From: Chloroflexota bacterium
GTDB taxonomy: Bacteria; Chloroflexota; Chloroflexia; JAMCWQ01
Reading direction: 5' to 3'
NCBI GenBank assembly: GCA_023480825.1
Contig: JAMCWQ010000017.1
Location: 1 to 58,643 of the forward strand
Length of the DNA stretch: 58,643 nucleotides
Shown here piece after piece: positions 7,979-17,244 of this stretch. Position 1 is the first letter of the stretch. Every line of letters starts with the position of its first letter. A program made the translations under genes and the position numbers. The notes beneath the pieces were generated by a model that was not told where the DNA came from, searched no databases, and saw only the letters and a list, made by a program, of their open reading frames with translations.

Positions 7979-8410
7979 CAGGCTCTTTCTCCGGATTACG
8001 ACAGATGACGCGCGCCCCCCGGCCTTTGCCACCAACACGGTCAAGCGTTGAATAGGTTTATTTTGCTTCCGCCAGCGTCTTCGGCTGGTAAATGAACAGA
8101 ACATCACGGTAGAGAAGTTCATAGAGGACAGGTTAGCGGCTTGCCAGAGCAACACCACCTCCATCAACACCCGCAGGACCCTGCCGCAAGGCTGCTGGCG
8201 GAAGGCCCATATTTCTCCGATGAGCTGGCGCCCGAAGAGAATGGAGTGCGCTCGGCGTGACGAGCTGATACTTCCCCGGTCGCTCAACCGGCGAATCAGG
8301 GCCACCAGTTGTCAGTAGGTTCTGCATGCCATGAGCGGCACACTTCTTGCGTTGCTTATCCGGGTCTTCCACCCGGGATCCGCTATAGTATTTAGACAGG
8401 GGATCAATTG

Positions 8411-10987
8411 ATGGCCATAGAAACACCAGTTCGGCCCGAGCCGGGTCTCCAGTCTTCGCTGGAGGAAATGGCAAAGGCGAACACCGAGCAAACCCTAGAG
8501 CTCTTGCATTCCAGTTCCAATGGGCTATCGCCCGAGGAAGCGGCGCATCGCCTCGAGACAACTGGGCCAAATGCCATTGCCGCAGAGCAGCGCTCGGCGC
8601 TGACTATCCTGGGGCAGCAGCTTCGGAACGGCCTCATGATCTTGCTGTTCTCGGCAGCGCTAATCACGATAGTCTTGGGAGACTACGTCGACGGCGCGAT
8701 CATCTTGGTCCTACTGCTCCTTAATACCTCACTGGGATTCTTTCAGGAATACCGGGCGGAGCGCGCGTTGGCCGATCTCCGCCGCCTCGTGGAGGTCCAG
8801 TCCAGAGTCCTGCGCGGTGGCCAGGAGGTACAGGTCCCCGCCAGGGACATCGTGCCCGGTGATATCATCATGGTCCGGGACGGTGATCTTGTTCCCGCTG
8901 ACGCCCGGTTAATCGATGGTGAGGGCCTAATGGTAAATCAGGCGGCGCTCACCGGTGAGTCGCTCTGGCAGGAGAAGGACCCAGCGCCCATGAGCACTCT
9001 GCCCTCTGCCATCGCCTCCGCCCCGAACCTGCTATTCTCCGGTACCAGCGTGATGGCCGGTGCCGGGCGGGCCATCGTGGTTGGCACAGGAAAGCGGACA
9101 GCCTTCGGCCGCACAGCTTCCCTGCTTCAGGATGTCCGGAGGGCGAGCGACTTCCAGCGAAACCTGGACAAGTTCGCGGGTTTCTTGCTCCGCTTCGGTC
9201 TCGTACTGACGGCCGTGGTCTTCATCGCCAACGCCCTCCTTGGACGAGACATCTTGACGTCCCTTACCCTGTCGCTAGCCCTGGCCCTCGGGCTGGTGCC
9301 TGAGGCATTGCCGGCAGTTACGATAACATCCCTATCCTTGGGAGCCTCCATCCTGGTGCGCAACAAGGTGGTGGTCCGGCGGCTTGCCGCCATTGAGGAC
9401 TTCAGCGCTATCGATGTGCTCTGCACGGACAAGACCGGTACAATCACCGAGAACAAGGTTGCGGTGACCGGCCTCGGGACCGGCGGGACAGAGACCGATC
9501 TGCTGCGGGCCGCGATCTTATGCTCCGACTTCCCGGTCGTGGGCCGCCACCCCATAGACGACGCGATAGTTCAGGCCGCGAAGGACAAAGGCCTGGACTT
9601 AGACCGGTTGGCCGGGGTGCAGCGCCTCGTTACCCTTCCCTTCACATCCGCCAGGAAGAGAACCAGCGTGCTCGTACCTGGCGAAGACACCGGCAGCCAG
9701 ACTTGCGAGATCATCACCAAAGGAGCGGCAGCGGTGATAATCGACCGCTGCACCCAACTTCGCCAGGGCTCGGAGACTGTCGACCTCGCTGCCCAGCGGG
9801 AGAATATCGAGCAGAGGATGCGAACGGCTGCGGAGGCCGGCAACATGGTCTTGGCGGTCGCCTCTAAGCCCATCCCTGCGTGCCAGCAAATCACGGAGGC
9901 CGACGAGGAAGGGTTCACGTTGCTGGGATTCATCATGTTGGCGGATCCCCTCCGGCCGGGCGCCGGCGACGCCATTAAGCAGGCGCGGGAGCTGGGACTG
10001 GACGTTAAGATCATCACCGGTGACTCCCGGTACACGGCGATCGCCATGGCCAGGTCCCTCGGCCTGCCGAGTGACCCGAGTGACATTGTGGCGGGCGAGG
10101 ACCTGCGCAGCAAAGACCTCGCCGAGATCTCCGAACGCGCTCACATCTTCGCCGAGGTGGTCCCGGAAGACAAATATCACATCGTCCGGGCGCTCCAATC
10201 CAAGGGCCACCGTGTGGCCGTAACCGGTGATGGAATAAACGACTCGCCGGCGCTCAAGACCGCCGATGTGGGAATTGCCATGGAGAGCGGAACCGAGGTG
10301 GCCAAGGACGCCAGCGATCTAATCCTGCTGGAAAACGATCTGCGCGTGATTGTTGACGGGTTGCGTGAAGGACGGAGGGTGTTCATTAACCTCAATCGCT
10401 ACCTGGTTTACACAATGGTCAGCAACTTCGCGAACGTGCTCATCGTGGCCGTGGCCTCTCTGTTCCTCAACTTCTTGCCTTTGCTTCCAGAACAGGTCCT
10501 GTTGGTCAGTATCCTACCTGACATTCCGATGCTTTCCATCGCGACCGATCGGGTCTCCCGCCTGCAGGTGTCACATCCCAGGCATTGGGCAATCAGGCAG
10601 ATCATGGAGGCATCCATATATCTGGGTATTTTCAACGCCATCTTCGCCTTTGGACTGTTGCGCTTCTTTCAAGGAGCCCCTCCGCCGGAAATCCGTACGG
10701 CCTGGTACCTGTTTATCGGCATCACGTCCATCCTGATCCTGTTCCCGGCGCGGAGCCATCTGCCTTTCTGGAAGGACGTGGCCCCTAGCTGGCAACTGAC
10801 AACAGCAACGGCAGTCACCCTCATTGTCGTGATTCTTCTCGCAGAACTGCCGCTGTCTCAGGTGCTCTTTGGCTTCGTTCCTCTCAGCGTTACAACGCAA
10901 TTGGCGCTCTTCGGCTACTCACTACTGTACGTGCTGGTTGCGGAGCTGGTGTTGGTGGAGTACTACCGGCACACGGTTGAGACCTGA
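8411..10987 (+). CDS. cation-translocating P-type ATPase (P2/P3-like; ion specificity unresolved, Mg2+ or Ca2+ are candidates)
   Basis: Diagnostic motifs are 'LTGES', 'CTDKTGTITENK' (phosphorylation site), 'VPEALPAVTITSLSLGA' (TM4), 'TGDGINDSPALKTADVGIAM', and the N-terminal 'GLSPEEAAHRL' domain. I prefer the ATG at 8411, with GGGGA 9 nt upstream, over the TTG at 8408. Confidence 0.9.
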   Translation: MAIETPVRPEPGLQSSLEEMAKANTEQTLELLHSSSNGLSPEEAAHRLETTGPNAIAAEQRSALTILGQQLRNGLMILLFSAALITIVLGDYVDGAIILVLLLLNTSLGFFQEYRAERALADLRRLVEVQSRVLRGGQEVQVPARDIVPGDIIMVRDGDLVPADARLIDGEGLMVNQAALTGESLWQEKDPAPMSTLPSAIASAPNLLFSGTSVMAGAGRAIVVGTGKRTAFGRTASLLQDVRRASDFQRNLDKFAGFLLRFGLVLTAVVFIANALLGRDILTSLTLSLALALGLVPEALPAVTITSLSLGASILVRNKVVVRRLAAIEDFSAIDVLCTDKTGTITENKVAVTGLGTGGTETDLLRAAILCSDFPVVGRHPIDDAIVQAAKDKGLDLDRLAGVQRLVTLPFTSARKRTSVLVPGEDTGSQTCEIITKGAAAVIIDRCTQLRQGSETVDLAAQRENIEQRMRTAAEAGNMVLAVASKPIPACQQITEADEEGFTLLGFIMLADPLRPGAGDAIKQARELGLDVKIITGDSRYTAIAMARSLGLPSDPSDIVAGEDLRSKDLAEISERAHIFAEVVPEDKYHIVRALQSKGHRVAVTGDGINDSPALKTADVGIAMESGTEVAKDASDLILLENDLRVIVDGLREGRRVFINLNRYLVYTMVSNFANVLIVAVASLFLNFLPLLPEQVLLVSILPDIPMLSIATDRVSRLQVSHPRHWAIRQIMEASIYLGIFNAIFAFGLLRFFQGAPPPEIRTAWYLFIGITSILILFPARSHLPFWKDVAPSWQLTTATAVTLIVVILLAELPLSQVLFGFVPLSVTTQLALFGYSLLYVLVAELVLVEYYRHTVET

Positions 10988-10997
10988 AAGCAATCGT

Positions 10998-12425
10998 TCA
11001 GCTATTCTTGTAGAATGAGGAGCGGTTGAACAGGAACCTGTCCACTAAAGAGAGCGCCCTCTGAGGAACCTCGAAGAACTGGTTGTGGATGACCTTGGGG
11101 AGGTCAAGAGCCTGCCGGGCCATCATCTCCGTGCTGAACTGCATTATCAGGCCAAAATTCCAGGCGACAAAGACAGCACCAATCGTCCCCAGGGCCCAGC
11201 GGGGGACTCTCCGGTCCGCCAGATCAACAAGCGCTGCCAGTCCCAGGCCAAATATCAGGCTGCAGTTGACAAACCGTCTGGCTCCAAAGGACCCGGCCAT
11301 GGACCAGGTCTTGTACGCCCCGGCGATATAGACCTGAGCCAGGAAAGCTATGGCCAGCAGGACGGCCAATTGCGGGTCCCGGCGGTAGAGGGCAACAAGG
11401 CCGATCACCGCCAGGATCGCAACAGGAGTCCAGGCGAATAGGCCATGCTCGGGGGAAAAGAGCACATCGAAGGAGAATGGTGAGTTCCACAATAACTTCT
11501 CGGTGACATGGCTGGAAGGCCCAAAATGACCTGTCAGAATCCGGTAAGTGATCAGTTGCGGAATGTACAACACAAAGGCAGTGGCGCCAAAGGCCAGTGC
11601 TCCGCCGGCGAGCCCTCTGAACCTACTGAAATCCCGGCCGCGAAGCGAGTGGACTACGTTCAGAAGCCACTCCAAAGCCGGAATGATCATGAACAGGGCA
11701 TCCTGTTCCCGCACCAGCGTCATCAACGCAGCCGAGGCGCCGAGGGCGGCCCATTGCCACAGTTTTCTGTCCCCGCGTGTCCGGTACCAGATGTAGATGA
11801 AGAGTGCAACGGCGAATAGAGAGTTGGCGTGAGACATCGGCGGCGTGATGTACATGTAGAAGAACGCCGGCGTGGCCAACCAGACGACGATGGTGCCGAG
11901 AGAGGAAGCGAAGCGCGAGAAGATGCTACGGGCGAGCAGGTAGGTGAAAATCAGGCCCAGGAAGCCGTAGATTGCAGAACCATAGGTTATAGCGGTGATG
12001 TACGGCGCGGAATACCCGTCGGCCTGCACGTTGGAGCCGAAGGCGCGCATCACGTGCACGGCCAAATCGCCGGCGGCAAAGAAGGGAGCCCACATTATTG
12101 CTGAGCCGATCGGGGCGACGTTCAGCGGCAGGCCGGTTGTCTCCTCACGCTTGTCGATCAGATCTTGTTTGAAAGCAGCGTATTTTTGGGGATTGCTCTC
12201 GTAGAAGTGCATGTACTCATTGGTGAAATCCAGGTTCTGATCGAACCAGAAGGAACGCAAGTAGGAGAAATACTGAATCTCATCGGCTCCATAGATCCGG
12301 GTTGTGACAGCCGGCAGGAGCAGCACGAAGAAGACCACCAGAACGAGGAGCCCGCGATCCATCGAGCGTATCCGGCTGATGCGGCTGGCCTTCGTATTTT
12401 TGAACTGTTGACTTCCAGTTGTCAC
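10998..12425 (-). CDS. polytopic membrane protein, GT-C-like (first-loop 'YGADEIQYFSYLRS' acidic motif); last gene of the large operon
   Basis: There are about 11-12 hydrophobic helices. A D-E pair follows TM1 directly, as in ArnT/PMT-type GT-C enzymes. The gene overlaps the upstream GT4 stop by 4 nt. Confidence 0.55.
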   Translation of the reverse strand: MTTGSQQFKNTKASRISRIRSMDRGLLVLVVFFVLLLPAVTTRIYGADEIQYFSYLRSFWFDQNLDFTNEYMHFYESNPQKYAAFKQDLIDKREETTGLPLNVAPIGSAIMWAPFFAAGDLAVHVMRAFGSNVQADGYSAPYITAITYGSAIYGFLGLIFTYLLARSIFSRFASSLGTIVVWLATPAFFYMYITPPMSHANSLFAVALFIYIWYRTRGDRKLWQWAALGASAALMTLVREQDALFMIIPALEWLLNVVHSLRGRDFSRFRGLAGGALAFGATAFVLYIPQLITYRILTGHFGPSSHVTEKLLWNSPFSFDVLFSPEHGLFAWTPVAILAVIGLVALYRRDPQLAVLLAIAFLAQVYIAGAYKTWSMAGSFGARRFVNCSLIFGLGLAALVDLADRRVPRWALGTIGAVFVAWNFGLIMQFSTEMMARQALDLPKVIHNQFFEVPQRALSLVDRFLFNRSSFYKNS

Positions 12426-13675
12426 TGGGTTTGTTCTCCTCCATCAAGGAAATCTGCAATAGCCAAAATGCGTTGCGCTCGCTTTGTGTAACCGAAATCG
12501 GAGGCACGGAGCAGAGCTTGCCCGGCTTTGCTGGAGGAGCCATGCCCATCGTGCACAATCATCAACGATTGGCACAGTGCCTTCGGCTCACCTCTGCGGA
12601 AGAAGTAGGCCGATTCGTCGTCCAGAATCTCGCGCAGCGCCGGCATGTCCGGCAGCACCACCGGCTTGCCGGTTGCCATATATTCGAACATCTTCAGCGG
12701 CGAGGCGGTTATATCACTAACGGTGTCGGGGATCACGAGCACATCAGCCGCATTAAGGTACTTCACGACGCACTCTGCGTCGAACCTCCCTGGCATCAAT
12801 ACCTTGCCGGCTGGTAGCCCCGCCTCGCGGGCGACCTGCGTCAACTCCTCCCGCTCATTATCTCGACCGCCAACGAGGACGAGCAGGGAATCGGAATGCT
12901 GTGCTTGGAACTCGGCAAATGCTCGCACCAGTAAGTCCAGCCGCCGGTAGGAGAACGTCAGACCCGAGTAGACGACTATGAAACTATCCTGAGGGAGATG
13001 CAGCTCATTGCGACAGGTGGCCCTGTCCAGTGGACGGTAGACGGCTTCGTCGAACGCATCCGGGACCACGTGTACGGACCGGGCATCTCTTATCCCTTTG
13101 TCGGCCAGTTCGGTGGCGAAGGCGCCCGTCAGCGAGACCACCGCCACGGAGCGCCGGATTGTCTCTCTATCCACCAGTCGCAGTGCTCCCTGCAGGAACC
13201 TGCTCTTGGAGCGAGAGGGATTCCTCGCCTCTAGGTCGTGAGCCTCATAGACAACGGGAATCCCCAGCGCCGGCCCGAGCAGGACGGCAAACCAAAAAGC
13301 ACAAATGACGTCGCGCACGTAGATCGCACCGAGAGCCGGCTTACCGGCCAGCTTGCGGGCCGCGAGAAAAGCCGCGGCCTCGAAGGCGAATGCTGTCCTC
13401 TCGGCATAGCTCCAGATAGTGCCCTTCACGAAACGCGTGACCTTGTTGATCGGGACCCGCAGCAGATGGCGGGCCCCAATGGCCGAAAACGCGCTCTGCT
13501 GAAAGGGGAGCCGGGGGATAAGAATCAGCAGGTCCGGATCTATTTCCTTCAACCGGGCGCAGGTGTGGAAAGTCTGAACAGCGTTGGCCGAACCCATGGT
13601 AAGACTGGTCGGATAGGCAAGGTAGCACAAATGGCGATGCTTGGAGGCTGGTCTGCGGTTCAGTTCAGCGCTCAT
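12422..13675 (-). CDS. GT4-family (GT-B fold) glycosyltransferase
   Basis: The C-terminal Glycos_transf_1-like region reads 'LVLVGGRDNEREELT...VLMPGRF...ADVLVIPD...SPLKMFEYMATGKPVV'. Confidence 0.8.
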   Translation of the reverse strand: MSAELNRRPASKHRHLCYLAYPTSLTMGSANAVQTFHTCARLKEIDPDLLILIPRLPFQQSAFSAIGARHLLRVPINKVTRFVKGTIWSYAERTAFAFEAAAFLAARKLAGKPALGAIYVRDVICAFWFAVLLGPALGIPVVYEAHDLEARNPSRSKSRFLQGALRLVDRETIRRSVAVVSLTGAFATELADKGIRDARSVHVVPDAFDEAVYRPLDRATCRNELHLPQDSFIVVYSGLTFSYRRLDLLVRAFAEFQAQHSDSLLVLVGGRDNEREELTQVAREAGLPAGKVLMPGRFDAECVVKYLNAADVLVIPDTVSDITASPLKMFEYMATGKPVVLPDMPALREILDDESAYFFRRGEPKALCQSLMIVHDGHGSSSKAGQALLRASDFGYTKRAQRILAIADFLDGGEQTQ

Positions 13676-14903
13676 ACAGCCTCATCAGCCTCTCGGTAAT
13701 CGGTCCGGTACGGAACCCTTCGGCGAAACTGGTACAGCGCATGGAAGTCTCCCGGCGAAGCCCTTCGTCCTCCAGGAGCCGCACGATTCCCGCAGCGAGC
13801 TCTTCAGCAGACCGCGGCCCGACCACCAGCCCGCACCGGTATTGACTGACAAAGTCTGCAATGCCGGTGCTAGACGTCACAACAGATGGTGTACCCACAG
13901 CGGCCGCCTCCACGACCACCTTGTTGAGCGCCTCGACCACCGAGGGGACGACAAGAACGTCAGAGGCAGCCATATAGGAGCGAACATCATCGTAGTCAAC
14001 TGCACCCGTAAAGACGATGTGCCCGGACATGCCCAGAGTATCGGCCAGTTTTCTCAGGTACGTCACGTAATCCCCGTACCTGGGTGTTATCCTGCTCGGT
14101 CCGCAGACCAAGAAGACGGCTCTTGGCGACCGCTCCAGAACCGCCGGCATCGCCCGGACAAGATACTCGATTCCCTTGAACGGGTGCAGCCTGCTGAGGG
14201 CGATAAGCACCTGGGCATCGTCTGCCACCCCCCAGTGTGGCAGGAGCAGGGCGCGGCTCTGGGACCGGTACTCCTCAAGGGATACGTTATCCGGCAGGTA
14301 AGCCCTCTCCCGGACGTTCCGTGGTATGGTTTCGGTCTTGTCCTTGCCGGCTCCTAGGGCAACGGCTAGCTTCTCCGTCCGGTAGGAATTCGCCCTGACC
14401 GCTTTCGCTCGCCACATGGCAAATGAAGTGAGCCAGCGGGGAATGGCGAAGCGGGCATATCCATAGTCCACTTCCGGGCAACTCATCACATCGGCTCCTT
14501 GGAGGTTCAACACAAACGGGATACTTGCATGGAGACTGGCAAGAGCGGCGATAGCGCCGAACGGATAGGCGGCCTCCACATGCACTAAGTCATACTTTCC
14601 CGTGTGCTGCGCCAAGAAGCGGGAGTAGCCGGCAAGGAGATCGAGAAAGCGGTCGTACTTCAAGAAGCGCAAGGAGAGGGCACGGGCCAGCTTTGTTCGG
14701 AGGCCTCCAGCCGGCAATATGCGATAGACTCGTCTACCGCTCCTGGCGCTGTCGGGAGCCTCTTGCTCATCGGCGAACCCCGCCCCCGGGGTGAAAACGT
14801 CCACCGTGTGCCCATGCTGCTCAAGGTAATCGCAGGTCTCCTCATGGACATCGTTTCCCAGCAGATGGGGACCGTAGGCCCCGATGAGGTAGAGAATTCT
14901 CAC
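13665..14903 (-). CDS. GT4-family glycosyltransferase
   Basis: The N-terminus is 'MRILYLIGAYGPH'. Further motifs are 'FLVCGPS...HIVFTGAV' and 'VVPSVVEALNKVVVEAAAVGTPSVV'. Confidence 0.8.
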   Translation of the reverse strand: MRILYLIGAYGPHLLGNDVHEETCDYLEQHGHTVDVFTPGAGFADEQEAPDSARSGRRVYRILPAGGLRTKLARALSLRFLKYDRFLDLLAGYSRFLAQHTGKYDLVHVEAAYPFGAIAALASLHASIPFVLNLQGADVMSCPEVDYGYARFAIPRWLTSFAMWRAKAVRANSYRTEKLAVALGAGKDKTETIPRNVRERAYLPDNVSLEEYRSQSRALLLPHWGVADDAQVLIALSRLHPFKGIEYLVRAMPAVLERSPRAVFLVCGPSRITPRYGDYVTYLRKLADTLGMSGHIVFTGAVDYDDVRSYMAASDVLVVPSVVEALNKVVVEAAAVGTPSVVTSSTGIADFVSQYRCGLVVGPRSAEELAAGIVRLLEDEGLRRETSMRCTSFAEGFRTGPITERLMRLYER

Positions 14904-16120
14904 GTTCCCGCTCTGCTTCCGGCTTCAACGTAGACGCCTAGTATCTGTCGTACGAGCGCCTCTTCGTCATATCGCTCCCGAACCGTACGGCGGCCGTTCT
15001 GCACGAGCCGTTCCCGCAGTTGGCCATCATCCAGAATCATGTTGATCTTGCTCGCCAGCGACTCCGGGTTCTCCAGTTCCGCGAGGAGCCCATTGGAGCC
15101 GTCCTGGATGATCTCGTCGACGACAGGTATCTTCGAAGAGATGACAGGGCACCCGGCAGCCATGGCCTCGAGAAGCGGCAGGCCAAAGCCCTCATAGCGG
15201 GTGGGCAGAGCGTAGGCGTCGCATTCCCGGAAGAGGCGAATCTTCTCCTCCTCGCTCACCCTGCCGGCGATCCTCAGGTTCTGCTCTGTTCCGTTCATTT
15301 GGCAAATGCCGCGGAGGGCGGGTTCGTTCCTTGTGTTATGACCAACAAACACAAAACTGGCGTTCGGATGTTCCCGTACCACAAAGGGCATTGCCTTAGC
15401 CAATATGTCGAAGCCTTTCCGGTATTTCAGTTGGCCGACGAACAGAATTGCCGGCCTGCTCAATTGGGCCTCTGGAGAGCCGGAGATTGACTCGATATAG
15501 TTGGTGTCGATCCATAGGGGCACCACGGAAATCCGCGGCGCCGGCACTCCCATCAGTCTCAGTAGTCCTGCCTCATGCGCGGAAAGGGCGATTATTTTGT
15601 CTGCCCGGCGCAGGGCGGAGTGGAGCAAGTAGTTCTGGAGGTTGCGCCAGATCTTCCGGCTGCGGATGGCCCGGGAGAACATTTTGGGCGCCGAGTAAAT
15701 CAAATTGTCGAAGTGCGGCGCATCTCTCAAAGGGTAGTCCCGGTCGTCCACCAAGAAGGGGTCGTGCAGAACACCCAGCGGGCTCAGAACCACAGGAACG
15801 TGCCGGCGGCGGAGCAACGAGATGGCCTCGTAGGAGATGCAGTTTCGCAGATGGTGCACGTGCACGACATCTGGCCGTGCTTCCAGGATGATGTCTTGCG
15901 CCAATTCCTGGGAAAACCAGAAGCGGTTGTACCTGGCCCGATGGACTCTAATTCCATCGATGTTTTCCTGGCGATTGCTCAGAAGCGCCGAGCCCGGCTC
16001 CCGGTAGGTATAGCAGATGACGTCGTGACCACGTTCCACCAAAGCCCGGCCCAGTAAGTACTCCGGCCAGTCCTTGAAGAACGAGGTAACGCCGCCTGTT
16101 GTTACTAGAGCGATCCTCAT
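14900..16120 (-). CDS. GT4-family glycosyltransferase
   Basis: Motifs are 'MRIALVTTGG' and 'FVFVGHN...RIAGRVSEEE...ALPTRYEGFGLPLLEAMAAGCPVISS'. Confidence 0.85.
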   Translation of the reverse strand: MRIALVTTGGVTSFFKDWPEYLLGRALVERGHDVICYTYREPGSALLSNRQENIDGIRVHRARYNRFWFSQELAQDIILEARPDVVHVHHLRNCISYEAISLLRRRHVPVVLSPLGVLHDPFLVDDRDYPLRDAPHFDNLIYSAPKMFSRAIRSRKIWRNLQNYLLHSALRRADKIIALSAHEAGLLRLMGVPAPRISVVPLWIDTNYIESISGSPEAQLSRPAILFVGQLKYRKGFDILAKAMPFVVREHPNASFVFVGHNTRNEPALRGICQMNGTEQNLRIAGRVSEEEKIRLFRECDAYALPTRYEGFGLPLLEAMAAGCPVISSKIPVVDEIIQDGSNGLLAELENPESLASKINMILDDGQLRERLVQNGRRTVRERYDEEALVRQILGVYVEAGSRAGT

Positions 16121-17244
16121 TGCGAAAGCAGCCTCTGGTACTCTTTCATCACGTTGTCTCCGACGGCCTGCCAGCTATATCGTTCGATTACGACGCGGCG
16201 GCCCGCTTTGCCCATTGCCACAGCCCGTCGCTCGTCTGACAGAACTTCGACGATCTTGGACGCGAAAGCTCCTGAGTCCTGAGGGGGCACGAGCAGCCCG
16301 GTAATGCCTTCCTCAACCACCTCGCTGAACCCTCCAAAATCGCTGGCTACCACCGGTTTCTCACAGGCCATGGCCTCGCAGAGCGCAATTCCGAACGTCT
16401 CATTGGCGAAGCTGGAACCAACGACCAGATCGGCCATCGAGAAATAACGTGGCATCTGATCGTGCGGGACTTGCCCGATGAAAGCGACGGCCGGCGCAAT
16501 TCCCAGCCCGTTCGCCAACGCCACCAAGTCTTCCTTATAGGGTCCATCAGCCGCAATCACCAACCTTGCTGGAATCTGCCTCATGACTTCGGGCATTGCT
16601 TCAATCAGATATTGCACCCCCTTCCAGCGCACCAAGCGGCCGGCAAACAAGAGGACCTTCTCTTCGGCCGGGGCGAAACGGCGCCGGAAGACCGGATCAG
16701 GCGGCAATGGCCGGAAGAACTCCGAGTCGATGCCATTGTAGACCACGCGTGGCTGCACCCCATAGCGTTCCTTGACCTGAGCGGCATTGAACCGGCTACA
16801 GGAGACCGCACCGTCGATGAACGGGATGAACAGCCTATCGCCCGGAAAAAAATCCTTCCCGTGACACCCAAACAGTAATTTGACCCCGCTAAGAGTTCTG
16901 GCGGCCACACCCGCGGGCAGATCGTACGGTTTTTGGATGTGGATTATATCATAGCCGCGACCCACAATCCCCGGCAAGCTGGTGACGCCCAGTGTTAGCC
17001 GCTCCATGAGCTTAGTGACGGCCCAGGCGGTGCGCAATCCGGGGATGGCGCGGAACAGGTTGCGGTCGACGAAGGCGTGGCGAATGACGCCGCAAGTGCC
17101 TGCTTCCTGGGTCACTTTGCCAATACCACCAATGATGTCGACCTCGACGCCGCGGCTTGCGAGCTCCCTGGCCAGACCCCAGACAAATGTCTCCACGCCG
17201 CCGCGTTTGGTTGTCGTGGTCAGGTTGTATAAAGCAATCCTCAT
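16117..17244 (-). CDS. GT4-family glycosyltransferase
   Basis: Motifs are 'MRIALYNLTTTTKRGGVETFV' and 'LVIAADGPYKEDL...VGSSFANETFGIALCEAMACEKPVVASDFGG'. Confidence 0.85.
   Translation of the reverse strand: MRIALYNLTTTTKRGGVETFVWGLARELASRGVEVDIIGGIGKVTQEAGTCGVIRHAFVDRNLFRAIPGLRTAWAVTKLMERLTLGVTSLPGIVGRGYDIIHIQKPYDLPAGVAARTLSGVKLLFGCHGKDFFPGDRLFIPFIDGAVSCSRFNAAQVKERYGVQPRVVYNGIDSEFFRPLPPDPVFRRRFAPAEEKVLLFAGRLVRWKGVQYLIEAMPEVMRQIPARLVIAADGPYKEDLVALANGLGIAPAVAFIGQVPHDQMPRYFSMADLVVGSSFANETFGIALCEAMACEKPVVASDFGGFSEVVEEGITGLLVPPQDSGAFASKIVEVLSDERRAVAMGKAGRRVVIERYSWQAVGDNVMKEYQRLLSQ

Noticed and set aside
8384-8389. A candidate -10 box (TATAGT) for an ATPase-specific promoter.
   Set aside because: There is no acceptable -35 element at 16-19 nt spacing and no extended -10 TG. 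The evidence is too weak to report as a feature, so I mention it only as something to test by 5'-end mapping.
7979-8410. A second M-box riboswitch directly upstream of the P-type ATPase.
   Set aside because: I searched by eye for 'GUUAGG[UC]GAGG', 'AAUGGGU' and 'GUGC[UC]AAAGC' on both strands and found none. 'GGUUAGCGGCUUGCC' is only a superficial match.
7586-8570. Minus-strand ORFs of 239 aa and 145 aa that overlap the second NRAMP gene and the ATPase leader.
   Set aside because: They are antisense shadows of a strongly supported transporter gene. Their composition is Arg/Gly/Ser-rich with no domain signature. The same reasoning applies to other long antisense ORFs, for example 9599..10210, 19989..20708, 23656..24534, 30291..31022, 43850..44635, 51217..51891 and 55204..56262.
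10988-10997. A bidirectional terminator between the convergent ATPase gene and the last glycan gene, and likewise at 1812-1837.
   Set aside because: Only 10 nt and 26 nt separate the stops. Neither spacer, nor the adjacent coding ends, shows a stable GC hairpin with a U or A tract. Termination signals, if any, are not recognisable by eye.
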